A stretch of DNA of 64,000 bases, from positions 140,073-204,072 of the forward strand of contig CAWBPO010000001.1 of NCBI GenBank assembly GCA_963790795.1. Reading direction: 5' to 3'. The notes beneath the pieces are model-generated. The model worked only from the letters and a program-made list of their open reading frames with translations. It did not search any database and was not told the DNA's origin. This document shows, piece by piece, positions 34,386-43,833 of the stretch. This stretch comes from an uncultured bacterium (lineage in GTDB: Bacteria; Patescibacteriota; Minisyncoccia; Minisyncoccales; RBG-13-42-11). Position numbers and translations under genes: made by a program. How positions within the stretch are numbered: position 1 is the stretch's first letter; each line of letters opens with the position of its first letter.

Positions 34386-35735
34386 ATGACTAAAGACGAA
34401 CTCTGGCAAGCGGTTCTTGCTCAAATCCAACTGAATATTTCCCAGGCCAATTTCGCCACTTGGTTTAAAGACACCAATATAACTACCTGCAAAGAAGGGC
34501 AGGCAGTTATTTCTACCCCAAACTCTTTTGCCAAGGAATGGTTGGAGAATAAATACGGAAAAACTATTTTTAAGATTCTATACAACCTAGACAAAGAAAT
34601 TAAGGAAATAAAATACGTTGTCGGCAAAACCGAATTAAAAGTTATTAAAAAACCCTCCTTCTCGCTTCCTTCTGCCGGACAGCTGGAATTTGAAGAGTTT
34701 GAAATTAACAAAGAAACAAATCTCAATCCTCGCTACACTTTTGAAAATTTTATCGTTGGACCGTTTAATGAACTTGCTCACGCTGCCTCCTGGGCAGTTT
34801 CAAAAAAACCAGGACAAGTTTACAATCCTCTTTTTGTTTACGGAGGAGTGGGTTTGGGAAAAACGCATCTTTTACAGTCTATTGGCAATGCAATTATCAA
34901 AAATTTTTCTCAAAAAAAAGTAAAATACATTCCTGCTGAGAGATTCATCACAGGCGTTGTCTCTTCGATTAGAAACCATGACGTTGAAGGGTTCAAAAAT
35001 AAATACCGGGCCACAGACGTTTTGATTCTGGATGATGTTCAGTTTTTGGCAGGAAAAGAAAAAACTCAAGAAGAGTTTTTCCACATTTTCAACGCTTTAT
35101 ATGAAGCGAATAAGCAAATAATTCTTTCTTCTGACCGCCCGCCAAAAGCCATTCCTGCTTTAGCTGAAAGGCTAAGGTCCCGTTTTGAAGGAGGGATGAT
35201 TGGAGATATAAGTTATCCTGATTATGAAACCAGAGTTGCTATTTTAAAAAGCAAGAGTCAGGAAAGGGGAATAAATTTTTCCGATGATATTTTGGATTAT
35301 GTCGCTACAAACATCCAAAGAAATATAAGGGAGCTTGAGGGCGCTTTAAACAGGTTGATGGCTTACCAAAAAATAAATAACCAGTCCCCTGATTTGGAAA
35401 TAGCCAAGTCGTTGCTAAAAAGCTTGTTTTTGTCTCCTAATAAAGTAGCTAACCATAAAAAAATAATCCAGGCAGTGGCTGAATTTTATGACCTAAAAGA
35501 GAAAGATTTATCTTCTCCCTCAAGAAAAAAAGAGATTGTTAAACCACGCCAAGTAGCCATGTTTTTATTAAGGGAATTATTAAAAAGCTCTTATCCGTTT
35601 ATAGGGAGAAAATTCGGCGGCAAAGACCACACCACAGCCATTCATTCCTGTGAAAAGATTGTCAGAGAACTAAAAGACGACGATAATCTTAACAACGAGG
35701 TTGATTTAATCAAACAACGTATTTTCAGTGCATAA
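34386..35735 (+). CDS. dnaA: Chromosomal replication initiator DnaA
   Basis: 449 aa with Walker A GGVGLGKTHLL, the sensor/box VII region and a C-terminal DNA-binding domain (GGKDHTTAIHSCEKI). Confidence 0.95.
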   Translation: MTKDELWQAVLAQIQLNISQANFATWFKDTNITTCKEGQAVISTPNSFAKEWLENKYGKTIFKILYNLDKEIKEIKYVVGKTELKVIKKPSFSLPSAGQLEFEEFEINKETNLNPRYTFENFIVGPFNELAHAASWAVSKKPGQVYNPLFVYGGVGLGKTHLLQSIGNAIIKNFSQKKVKYIPAERFITGVVSSIRNHDVEGFKNKYRATDVLILDDVQFLAGKEKTQEEFFHIFNALYEANKQIILSSDRPPKAIPALAERLRSRFEGGMIGDISYPDYETRVAILKSKSQERGINFSDDILDYVATNIQRNIRELEGALNRLMAYQKINNQSPDLEIAKSLLKSLFLSPNKVANHKKIIQAVAEFYDLKEKDLSSPSRKKEIVKPRQVAMFLLRELLKSSYPFIGRKFGGKDHTTAIHSCEKIVRELKDDDNLNNEVDLIKQRIFSA

Positions 35736-35920
35736 CTTGGGCAGAAAAACAACAAAGGTTGAAATCCACAAAAAATCAAACAACAGTCCATATCCTTTTT
35801 AAAAGTGGGAATAGGATAAAATAAAAATTAATCCACAGCACCAATAACTATTAATTAATTTTAATAAAATAATTATATTATTGTATCTCCGAAAATAATT
35901 TTTCACTAACGTTCAAAATT
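35736..35920. other. AT-rich dnaA-dnaN intergenic region, candidate oriC / DNA-unwinding element
   Basis: It holds DnaA-box-like TAATCCACA (35829-35837, 1 mismatch) and AAATCCACA (35762-35770, 2 mismatches), followed by a nearly pure A/T tract at 35840-35900. Confidence 0.45.
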
Positions 35921-37069
35921 ATGAAAATTACAATTTTAAAAGATAAATTAAAAGAAGGGGTTAATATTGTCGAAAAAATTGCAACAAAATCTACAAGTTT
36001 ACCCGTTTTAAATAATATTTTAATATCTGCAGAGAAAAATTTTTTAAATCTGTCTGCTACCGACTTGGAAGTGGGGGTAAGATGGTGGGCGCTTGTTAAA
36101 ACGGAAAAGGAGGGAATTATTGCTATTCCATCTAAAATTTTATCAAGTTTTATTAATTTTCTGCCGAATAAATCAGTTAGTTTAGAGTTGAAAAATCTCG
36201 ACTTAAAAATTAGCTGTGAAAATCACCAGACCGTATTAAAAGGGGTGGACCCCGAAGAGTTCCCGATTATCCCCAAAGTTACCAGTGAAGAAAAAATCGA
36301 AATACCAATTAAAAACTTCTGTCAGGGGTTGGGGAGTATTGTGGATATTGCCAGTCTTTCTTCAACAAAGCCGGAAATATCAGGAATTTATTTTTTATTC
36401 CAGAATAACTCAATTACCATGGCAGCCACAGACAGTTTTCGTTTGGGAGAAAAGAAAATTCAATTGGATTCTTCCGCAAATAAAATATCCAAAGATTATT
36501 CTTTGATTTTGCCCCAAAAAGCAGCGAAAGAGATTATGAACATATTTAACGAAAGAGAAGGGATATTAACAATATATTTTTCTCCAAATCAAATTCTGTT
36601 TGAAACGCGCCTTTCGGAAGTCTCTCATCCGCAAATCCAACTTACCTCCAGACTGGTTGAGGGAGATTATCCGAATTATCAGGAGATTATTCCCAAAAAG
36701 CACGAAACCAGAGTTTCTTTTATCCTCGAAGAGTTTATCAACCAAATCAAACTGGCGTCTCTTTTTAGTGGGAAGATTAACGAAATCAAACTAAATATTG
36801 ATGCTCCAAAAAATAGAATTAATTTTTTCAGCCAGAACCCCGAAGTCGGAGAATACAATAGTTTTTTACCAGGGAAAGTTGATGGAAAATCTTGCGAAAT
36901 ATCTTTCAACTACAGATTTTTGCTGGACGGCCTTTTGAACATTAGTATTAACCAGCAAAAAAAATCAGAAGCTGTTTTGGAATTGACAGGGTCTGAAAAG
37001 CCAGGAGTTTTAAGATTAAAAGGGGATGACAATTATCTTTATTTGGTAATGCCCATTAAAAGCAGTTAA
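35921..37069 (+). CDS. dnaN: DNA polymerase III beta sliding clamp
   Basis: 382 aa, directly downstream of dnaA, with the typical opening MKITILKDKLKEGVNIVEKIATKSTSLPVLNNILI. Confidence 0.9.
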   Translation: MKITILKDKLKEGVNIVEKIATKSTSLPVLNNILISAEKNFLNLSATDLEVGVRWWALVKTEKEGIIAIPSKILSSFINFLPNKSVSLELKNLDLKISCENHQTVLKGVDPEEFPIIPKVTSEEKIEIPIKNFCQGLGSIVDIASLSSTKPEISGIYFLFQNNSITMAATDSFRLGEKKIQLDSSANKISKDYSLILPQKAAKEIMNIFNEREGILTIYFSPNQILFETRLSEVSHPQIQLTSRLVEGDYPNYQEIIPKKHETRVSFILEEFINQIKLASLFSGKINEIKLNIDAPKNRINFFSQNPEVGEYNSFLPGKVDGKSCEISFNYRFLLDGLLNISINQQKKSEAVLELTGSEKPGVLRLKGDDNYLYLVMPIKSS

Positions 37070-37070
37070 G

Positions 37071-39011
37071 TTAAAATGTGGGCAATGCGCTTTTGAGAAA
37101 ACTGTTGAAAATCGGCCCCGCCACTGTTGCAGCTGGCTGATTTTTTATCATTGAAACATTGTTATTGTTGCCGGCCCAAACGCCAACAGCGATTGAACTG
37201 GTATATCCTATCGTCCAAGCGTCCCTAAAATCGTCAGTTGTCCCTGTTTTGGCAGAAACCTTGTAATTCTCAAAATACAGATGTGACCTTGGTCCGAACA
37301 TTGGTGTTCTGGCCTCATTATCAGACAAAATGTCAGTTATGAGTTGCGATACTTCTTTTGATAAAACTCTTTTTGGGTTTTTTTTGTTTTCTTGGATAAT
37401 GTTCCCGCTATAGTCCTCTATTCTTAAAATCGGGACAGGCGGCACTTTTAAACCTTCTGTGGCAAAAACGCCGTAAGCCGAAACCATATCTAATAATTTT
37501 ACCTCCCAGCCACCAAGAACTATTGACGGGCCAAAAGGAGGGTTTAGAGTAGTAATTCCTAGGTTTTCAGCAGTTTTAACAGCGTTGTTTATACTGTCTG
37601 TCGGCGTTGAACCGCAAAGTCCGACTAAGACCTTAACAGAAGGGACATTTAAAGATTGTGCTAGTGCCTGTCTTAAAGTAACTGGTCCCCGGAATAAGCC
37701 GTCATAGTTCTGGGGAATATATTCTTTGTCTCCCCAAACGCCAAAATTAGTTTCTTGGTCAACTACCACTGTTTTATCATTGTAGCCGTTCTGAAAAGCA
37801 GTAGCGTAAACAAACGGTTTAAAAGACGATCCTGGCTGTCTGCCAACGCTTTTTGTGGTGCCAATCGCTATATTAAACTTTGGGTCAAACAAGCAGTCTT
37901 TGCCAGGAGCGCATCCTTCAGGATAAGGATCAGCGAACCAGTCAGCGGAGCCGACCATTGCTAAAATTTCACCGTTACCAGGATTTAGAGCTACCAGGGC
38001 GGCATTGTGAGCATTGTATGTTTTGTTTTTTAAAACTCCTTCTTTAACTGATTTTTCAGCTAATTCCTGCAGCTCCCAGTCCAAAGAAGTAATAACCCTT
38101 ACTCCGTTCTCTTTTAAATATTCAAGGTCCTGGCCGTATTTTGGCTTGAGATAGTTTTCAATTACATACAGTACAAAGTGTGGTGCTTTAATTGTCGTTG
38201 GGGTGGAAAACTTAATTGTTTCTCCTTTCGCTTTTTCCATTTCCTCTTTATTTATATATCCTTCCTGCAACATTCTTTCCAAAACATAGTCTTTTCTTAT
38301 AAGAAGGTCATCTTTATGTTCGCCGTACGGAGAAAGAGAATAAGGAGATTTGATTAAGGCAGCTAAAGCTGCTGCTTCGCTTAAGCTAACATCAGAAACA
38401 GACTTGCTGAAATATATCTGGCTGGCAGTTTCCATGCCGTAAGCGTTTTGTCCGAGAGGTATTTGATTTAAATACCATCCCAGAATCTGGTCTTTAGAAT
38501 AGCGTCTGTCTAATTCTAGCGCTAGAATAATTTCCCTTATCTTTCTGGTAATGGTTTTTTCTGTTGAGAAAAACGTTGAGCGAATTAATTGCTGGTCTAG
38601 GGTTGATCCTCCGTAAATCGGTTCTTTAATTCTTAAATTAATAAGAAGAGACCTGAATATTCCTTCGGGGTCAACTCCGAAATGATTGTAAAAGTTAGCG
38701 TCTTCGGTAGAAATTACAGCCCACTTCAAATAATCTGGAATATCTTCCAAAGGAACCGTTGTTCTTTTTTCCTCGCCGTAGATTTCATACAATAAAACCT
38801 TTCCTGTCCGGTCGTAAATTTTGGTTGATTGGAAAATCTGGTGCTCGGTGAATTTTTCCGGCCTAGGAAGATCTTTGGCTACCAAAACAAAAACAAAACT
38901 GCAAATCAAAATGAAGATTGCAAACAATAAAAAAGCGATTCCTAGAAACGGTTCGGCTTTAGAGTGTGTTTTTACTCCGAAAATCTTTCGGAAATATTTT
39001 CGGATAGGCAT
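37071..39011 (-). CDS. Bifunctional class A penicillin-binding protein (GT51 transglycosylase + transpeptidase)
   Basis: 646 aa with an N-terminal TM helix. GT51 motifs are EDANFYNHFGVD, GGSTLDQQL and RKIREIILALELD. Transpeptidase motifs are SSFKPF (SxxK) and KTGTT. Confidence 0.9.
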   Translation of the reverse strand: MPIRKYFRKIFGVKTHSKAEPFLGIAFLLFAIFILICSFVFVLVAKDLPRPEKFTEHQIFQSTKIYDRTGKVLLYEIYGEEKRTTVPLEDIPDYLKWAVISTEDANFYNHFGVDPEGIFRSLLINLRIKEPIYGGSTLDQQLIRSTFFSTEKTITRKIREIILALELDRRYSKDQILGWYLNQIPLGQNAYGMETASQIYFSKSVSDVSLSEAAALAALIKSPYSLSPYGEHKDDLLIRKDYVLERMLQEGYINKEEMEKAKGETIKFSTPTTIKAPHFVLYVIENYLKPKYGQDLEYLKENGVRVITSLDWELQELAEKSVKEGVLKNKTYNAHNAALVALNPGNGEILAMVGSADWFADPYPEGCAPGKDCLFDPKFNIAIGTTKSVGRQPGSSFKPFVYATAFQNGYNDKTVVVDQETNFGVWGDKEYIPQNYDGLFRGPVTLRQALAQSLNVPSVKVLVGLCGSTPTDSINNAVKTAENLGITTLNPPFGPSIVLGGWEVKLLDMVSAYGVFATEGLKVPPVPILRIEDYSGNIIQENKKNPKRVLSKEVSQLITDILSDNEARTPMFGPRSHLYFENYKVSAKTGTTDDFRDAWTIGYTSSIAVGVWAGNNNNVSMIKNQPAATVAGPIFNSFLKSALPTF

Positions 39012-39039
39012 AGAATTATTTTAACAACCTTAGTCCTTA

Positions 39040-39069
39040 TTGACAAGAGATTGTGGGAGGAGGGATAAT
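39040..39069 (+). promoter_or_regulatory. Candidate promoter TTGACA-18-GATAAT for the surface-protein gene
   Basis: TTGACA at 39040-39045 and GATAAT at 39064-39069, 25 nt upstream of the 39095 ATG. Confidence 0.35.
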
Positions 39070-40318
39070 ATAAAAATAATAGTGATTAATTTTTATGCCC
39101 AAAATAAACAAAACAATCTCAATTAATGTTTTAATTTTGTCTTTAATTTTAGGGATAGGATTTGTTGTCCAGGCCAGAGCCCAAACAACAGCAATTCTGT
39201 CAGAAAATTTTGACGATGGTCAGTATTGTTTTCAGGGATATACCCAAAAACAAGAATGTCTTATTCCTTCTCCTGCTGGTCCTGCGGGGTGGTATTCCCA
39301 AGATTATTGGTGGAAACTTGGGAGGGTTTGCGACAATATCTATCGAGGAACTGGAAATTGGGCAAATTCAGCTTTTCAGGGGGATCCTTGGAGCGCCCCT
39401 TCTATTCTGGCTACTAAAGCTTTAAATTTGGAAGCCGGGACAAATTATACTTTGAAATTTTATGCGAGAGTTGCTGGTAGCTGCATATATGGCAACGGCC
39501 GTATGTATTTAAGTGTTTTTACAAGCGCTTCTCAATTTTCAACTGGAACTCAAATTGGCAGTATTTTTTCTCTTAATACAAGTTGGTCTCAAAAAATAAT
39601 AAATTTTACAGTGCCGTCTAGCGGAACTTATTATATCCAATTTCAAGCATCTCGAGGAGGAGACGGCGTAGATTACACTATTATTGATGATATACTTATT
39701 ACAGGCACTGCCGCTCCTCTTGACTTTTCTCTTTCCCGCACCCCTTCTTCAGGGGCCGTTATCCAGGGAGCATCAATTCAAACAGCTATTACTGCTTCTT
39801 TGACTTCCGGCTCAAGCCAGTCCGTTTCTTTTTCAGCCTCCAACCTTCCTACGGGAGCAACTGCTGTTTTTTCTCCAACTTCATGCAGCCCTACTTGCAG
39901 TTCAGTTCTGACAATTAACACTTTAGCCACTACTCCGGCAGGCACTAAAACAATTACTATTACTGCTGTAGGAGGGGCATTAACCAAAACAACTAGCTAT
40001 TCTTTAACGGTTAGCGCAGCTGCCAGTATTTTTACTCCCACTGTCAGTACTAACTCAGTTTCATCAATTACTGCGAGTAGCGCTACCTTGGACGGCAACA
40101 TCACAAATATAGGAGGAGCGACCGTTACCGCTAAGGGCTTTCAATACGGCTTATCCCAAACTCCTACATGGACCGTTAATCAATCGGGTAGTTTCAGTAC
40201 TGGCGCTTATATGTTGTCCGTTACATCTCTTAGCCAAAACACCAAATATTATTTTAGGGCCTATGCTACAAACAGCGTTGGCACCAACTACGGTTCTTGG
40301 TTGAGCTTTACCACTACT

Positions 40319-40623
40319 GGAGAAGAAGAAACAATTACCGTTCCCACTGTCACCACCAACTCAGCCACTTCAATCACCACTACATCAGCCACTCTTAATG
40401 GCAATGTTAGTTCTACCGGAGGAGCAAGCGTGTTGGAAAGAGGATTTGACTGGGGTACAATTTCTGGATCTCTTGCCAATGATTTGACTCAGACAGGTAC
40501 ATATGGCACAGGCAGCTTTACCAGGAGTCTTACCGGCCTGACTCCAGGCACTGAATACTATTACAGAGCCAAAGCAAGAAATTCAGCTGGCTGGGACTAT
40601 GGCAGCCAAATGAGTTTTACTGC
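40319..40623 (+). repeat. 305-bp direct repeat, copy 1 (FN3-like module)
   Basis: By eye it is identical to 40940-41243 except for one extra C at 40338-40339. Confidence 0.9.
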
Positions 40624-40939
40624 AAGTGTTTCTCCTTTATCATTTTCTCTTTCGTGCAGTTCTTCTTCAGGAACTGTAAATCAAGGGCAGTCGGTCCAAA
40701 TCACTGTTAATACTTCTTTAACTTCAGGGATAAGCCAATCTGTTTCTTTTTCAGTCACGAACCTGCCTATAGGAGCAACCGCTGTTTTTTCTCCAACTTC
40801 ATGCAGCCCTACTTGCAGTTCAATATTAACTATTAACACTTCCAATAGTACGCCTATTAGCAGCAAAACTATTACTATTTCCGCTGATGGAGGGACATTA
40901 ACTAAAACAACCAGTTATTATTTAAAGGTTGCTGCTGCT

Positions 40940-41243
40940 GGAGAAGAAGAAACAATTACGTTCCCACTGTCACCACCAACTCAGCCACTTCAATCACCAC
41001 TACATCAGCCACTCTTAATGGCAATGTTAGTTCTACCGGAGGAGCAAGCGTGTTGGAAAGAGGATTTGACTGGGGTACAATTTCTGGATCTCTTGCCAAT
41101 GATTTGACTCAGACAGGTACATATGGCACAGGCAGCTTTACCAGGAGTCTTACCGGCCTGACTCCAGGCACTGAATACTATTACAGAGCCAAAGCAAGAA
41201 ATTCAGCTGGCTGGGACTATGGCAGCCAAATGAGTTTTACTGC
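40940..41243 (+). repeat. 304-bp direct repeat, copy 2 (carries the 1-nt deletion)
   Basis: The sequence is the same as 40319-40623 with a single C at 40959, which shifts the reading frame. Confidence 0.9.
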
Positions 41244-41658
41244 TGGCACTACTGTCATTGATGATCAAGATGAGCTTATTGCGCAACTTCTAGAACAGAT
41301 TAATCAAATTTCAGCATTAATTGCCCAATTGCAAGAGCAGATTGCAGAAATCAAAGGAACTTCAACTTCCTGGTGCCATGCTTTTAATGTGAACCTCAGA
41401 ATTGGAGATTCTGGCGCAGAAGTTTCGGCGTTAAAAACTGCTTTGATAAAAAACGGCGTTTGGCCGAATGAGGTTGTTAATGATAAATTTGACGAAGAAA
41501 CTGCTTCCTATATTGTTGCTTTTCAGCAAAAATACAAAGCTGAAATTTTAACGCCCTGGAGATTAAACTATGGAACTGGTTTTGTCGGAGATACCACTAG
41601 AGCTAAATTGAATGCTTTGTATGGATGCAAATAAAGAAGAATAACAGTGTTTTTAAAA

Positions 41659-41682
41659 GCGCGCCTTATCGGGCGCGTTTTT
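41659..41682 (+). terminator. Intrinsic terminator after the surface-protein gene
   Basis: CGCGCC-ttatcg-GGCGCG (6-bp GC stem) followed by TTTTT. Confidence 0.75.
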
Positions 41683-41726
41683 AGTTGTCTTTCTATTTTT
41701 TTTGTAGTAAATTAGAAGTATATAAT

Positions 41727-42923
41727 ATGAAAACTGCTGTTAACTCACAAAAAATCAAAGACATTCTGGAAAGAGGAGTGGAGCAGATTATCGATAAAAA
41801 AAATCTGCTTAAAAAACTGAAATCAGGCAGGAAACTTCGCATTAAACACGGTATCGACCCAACCGGGCCTAAAATTCATATTGGCCGGGCAATCCAATTC
41901 AGAAAACTGAAAAGTTTTCAGGATTTGGGGCACCAGATTGTTTTGATTATTGGCGATTTTACGGCCCAAATTGGCGATGCCTCTGATAAACAAGCCATGA
42001 GAAAGCCGTTGTCCGAAAAAGAAATTAAAAAAAACATGAAAGACTATGAGAGGCAAATTGGCAAGATTCTCGACATGAAAAAAACTGAAGTTCGCTACAA
42101 TAGAGAATGGCTTAATAGATTAACTGTAAAAGAATTGCTTTCTTTAGCAATGAATTTTTCCGCTCAGCAAATGATACAAAGAAGGAACTTTAAGGAAAGG
42201 TGGGAAGGAGGAAGGCCGATCGGCCTCCACGAGCTGACTTACCCGTTATTCCAAGGATACGATTCATTTGCCATAAAAGCAGACGTTGAAATCGGAGGAG
42301 CTGACCAGTTGTTTAATTTAAAAGTTGGCAGGGAAATACAAAAGATGTTCGGTCAGCCGGTGCAAGACATAATGACATTAAAAATGCTTTCAGGCCTGGA
42401 CGGGAGAAAAATGTCAACCAGCTGGGGGAATATGGTGACAATCGTTGATAAGCCAAATGAAATGTACGGGAAAATTATGTCAATGAGAGATGAATTTATT
42501 CCTAAATACTTTGAACTTTGCACAGACATATCGTTATTAGAGGTAAAAAAAATCAAAAAAGATCTGCTTTTTAAAAAAGTGAATCCCCGCGATATAAAGG
42601 TGAAATTAGCCAGAGAAATCGTTACTATTTATCACGGCAATAAATTGGCTTTGGATGCTGAGAAAGAATTCAATAAAGTTTTTAAAGAAAAGAAGCTGCC
42701 AATATCAATGCCTGCAATCCCAATTTCTCAAAAATCTCTGAATATTTTAAACCTGTTATTCAAGACAAAATTAGTTTCATCAAAGGCTGAAGCCAAAAGG
42801 CTAATTGTCCAAAAAGGGGTTAGAATTAATAACGAAGTTCAAACGGATTGGCAAAAGAAAATTAAAATAAAAAAGGGCCTGGTAATCCAGGTCGGCAAAA
42901 GGAAATTTATAAAGATAGCTTAA
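41727..42923 (+). CDS. tyrS: Tyrosyl-tRNA synthetase
   Basis: HIGRA (HIGH), KMSTSWG (KMSKS) and a C-terminal S4-like domain (KAEAKRLIVQKGVRINNEV). I set the start at the ATG at 41727; the track start is a TTG extension. Confidence 0.85.
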   Translation: MKTAVNSQKIKDILERGVEQIIDKKNLLKKLKSGRKLRIKHGIDPTGPKIHIGRAIQFRKLKSFQDLGHQIVLIIGDFTAQIGDASDKQAMRKPLSEKEIKKNMKDYERQIGKILDMKKTEVRYNREWLNRLTVKELLSLAMNFSAQQMIQRRNFKERWEGGRPIGLHELTYPLFQGYDSFAIKADVEIGGADQLFNLKVGREIQKMFGQPVQDIMTLKMLSGLDGRKMSTSWGNMVTIVDKPNEMYGKIMSMRDEFIPKYFELCTDISLLEVKKIKKDLLFKKVNPRDIKVKLAREIVTIYHGNKLALDAEKEFNKVFKEKKLPISMPAIPISQKSLNILNLLFKTKLVSSKAEAKRLIVQKGVRINNEVQTDWQKKIKIKKGLVIQVGKRKFIKIA

Positions 42924-42930
42924 AAGAAAA

Positions 42931-42956
42931 TCCCGCACAAAGCGGGACTTTCTTTT
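42931..42956. terminator. Intrinsic terminator after tyrS
   Basis: TCCCGC-acaaa-GCGGGA followed by CTTTCTTTT. Confidence 0.7.
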
Positions 42957-43097
42957 ACTCTTCAGAGGATGTTTCTTCTTCTGTTTTTTCTTCCGGAGTT
43001 TCCTCTTCGGGAGTTTCTGTTGCTTCTTTATCTTGGCTGACCAAAGGATTTAAAATTTCATTTTCCATAATATTTTGGCCTTGTTATATTAATTGCT

Positions 43098-43129
43098 TTA
43101 CTCCGCTTTTGGCGGAGTAATTTGTTTTT
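43098..43129 (+). terminator. Second plus-strand intrinsic terminator in the tyrS-ruvC spacer
   Basis: TTACTCCGC-ttttg-GCGGAGTAA (9-bp stem) followed by TTTGTTTTT. Confidence 0.6.
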
Positions 43130-43229
43130 ACGTTAAAGAATTCGACCTTTTCCAAGCATAAATGCTAATTATATGCTTAGTTGGTTCTATCCAGTATTAT
43201 ATTTGTCTTTAAAAAGTTGTCAAGGCCTT

Positions 43230-43271
43230 TATAGCAAACCGCAGTTTGATATATCGAACAAATTTCGCTAT
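43230..43271. repeat. Structured 42-nt repeat, copy 3 (variable hairpin CGAA-caaat-TTCG)
   Basis: tatagcaaaccgcagtttgatatatcgaacaaatttcgctat, head-to-tail with copy 4. Confidence 0.8.
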
Positions 43272-43310
43272 AGCAAACCGCAGTTTGATATATCGAACAA
43301 AGTTCGTTAT
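43269..43310. repeat. Structured 42-nt repeat, copy 4 (variable hairpin CGAAC-aaa-GTTCG)
   Basis: tatagcaaaccgcagtttgatatatcgaacaaagttcgttat. It shares its first TAT with the end of copy 3 and ends 15 nt before the ruvC stop. Confidence 0.8.
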
Positions 43311-43324
43311 TAACAATACAGGGG

Positions 43325-43828
43325 TTAGCTTTCTTTTATTGGTTTCTTTTTTTGCAGGCAAAAAGTCAGGGCAATCGCCAAAGCGTCAGCTGCATCGTCA
43401 GATTTTGGAATCTCTTTCAATTTTAATATTGTTTTTATCTTTTTATGAACAACCTTTTTTTCAGACCAGCCGAAGTTAGATATAACTAATTTAACCTGGA
43501 GAGGGGTAAATTGGTGTACCGGAATGTTTTTTTTAGCTGCTGTGAGCAAAATTACTCCTCCTGCTTGGCTTACTGGAATGGCTGTTTTTAAGTTCCTAAA
43601 GAAAAAAAGGCTTTCCATGACCAAAACTTCCGGTCGGTATTTTTTAATTAATTTATTCAATTCGTTGTTTAATGTTCTGAGCCGTTCAGGAGCAGTAAAA
43701 GAAGGAAAGGTTTTGATGACTCCGTAATCCAAACATTCAAACACTTGTTTTTTTGTTTTAAGTTTTCGGCTTTTTATAACTCCAAAACCGGTGCTAGCGG
43801 TTCCTGGATCAATGCCTAAAATTATCAT
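43325..43828 (-). CDS. ruvC: Holliday junction resolvase RuvC
   Basis: 167 aa with MIILGIDPGTASTGFGVI and a C-terminal DAADALAIAL. Confidence 0.9.
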   Translation of the reverse strand: MIILGIDPGTASTGFGVIKSRKLKTKKQVFECLDYGVIKTFPSFTAPERLRTLNNELNKLIKKYRPEVLVMESLFFFRNLKTAIPVSQAGGVILLTAAKKNIPVHQFTPLQVKLVISNFGWSEKKVVHKKIKTILKLKEIPKSDDAADALAIALTFCLQKKKPIKES

Positions 43829-43833
43829 AGTCG

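Larger units (their letters stand above)
39095..41634 (+). pseudogene. Large repeat-rich secreted surface protein interrupted by a 1-nt frameshift (ORFs 39095-41107 and 41050-41634)
   Basis: Signal peptide, a jelly-roll-like N-terminal domain, two roughly 100-aa S/T-rich modules, three FN3-like modules, a coiled coil and a C-terminal peptidoglycan-binding-like domain (GDSGAEVSALKTAL...). The frame changes at 40959, where attaccgttcc of the first repeat copy reads attacgttcc. Confidence 0.7.

Noticed and set aside
42955-43068. 37-codon acidic ORF on the minus strand (MENEILNPLVSQDKEATETPEEETPEEKTEEETSSEE)
   Set aside because: It has no Shine-Dalgarno or promoter that I can see, the composition is low-complexity, and its stop lies immediately adjacent to the tyrS terminator hairpin. 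It is probably fortuitous.
43230-43310. Possible mini CRISPR array (two near-identical ~40-nt direct repeats)
   Set aside because: The units abut head-to-tail with no spacer between them. There are only two units, no cas genes are in the window, and the same unit occurs singly at 8239 and 8371. I treated it as a structured repeat family instead.
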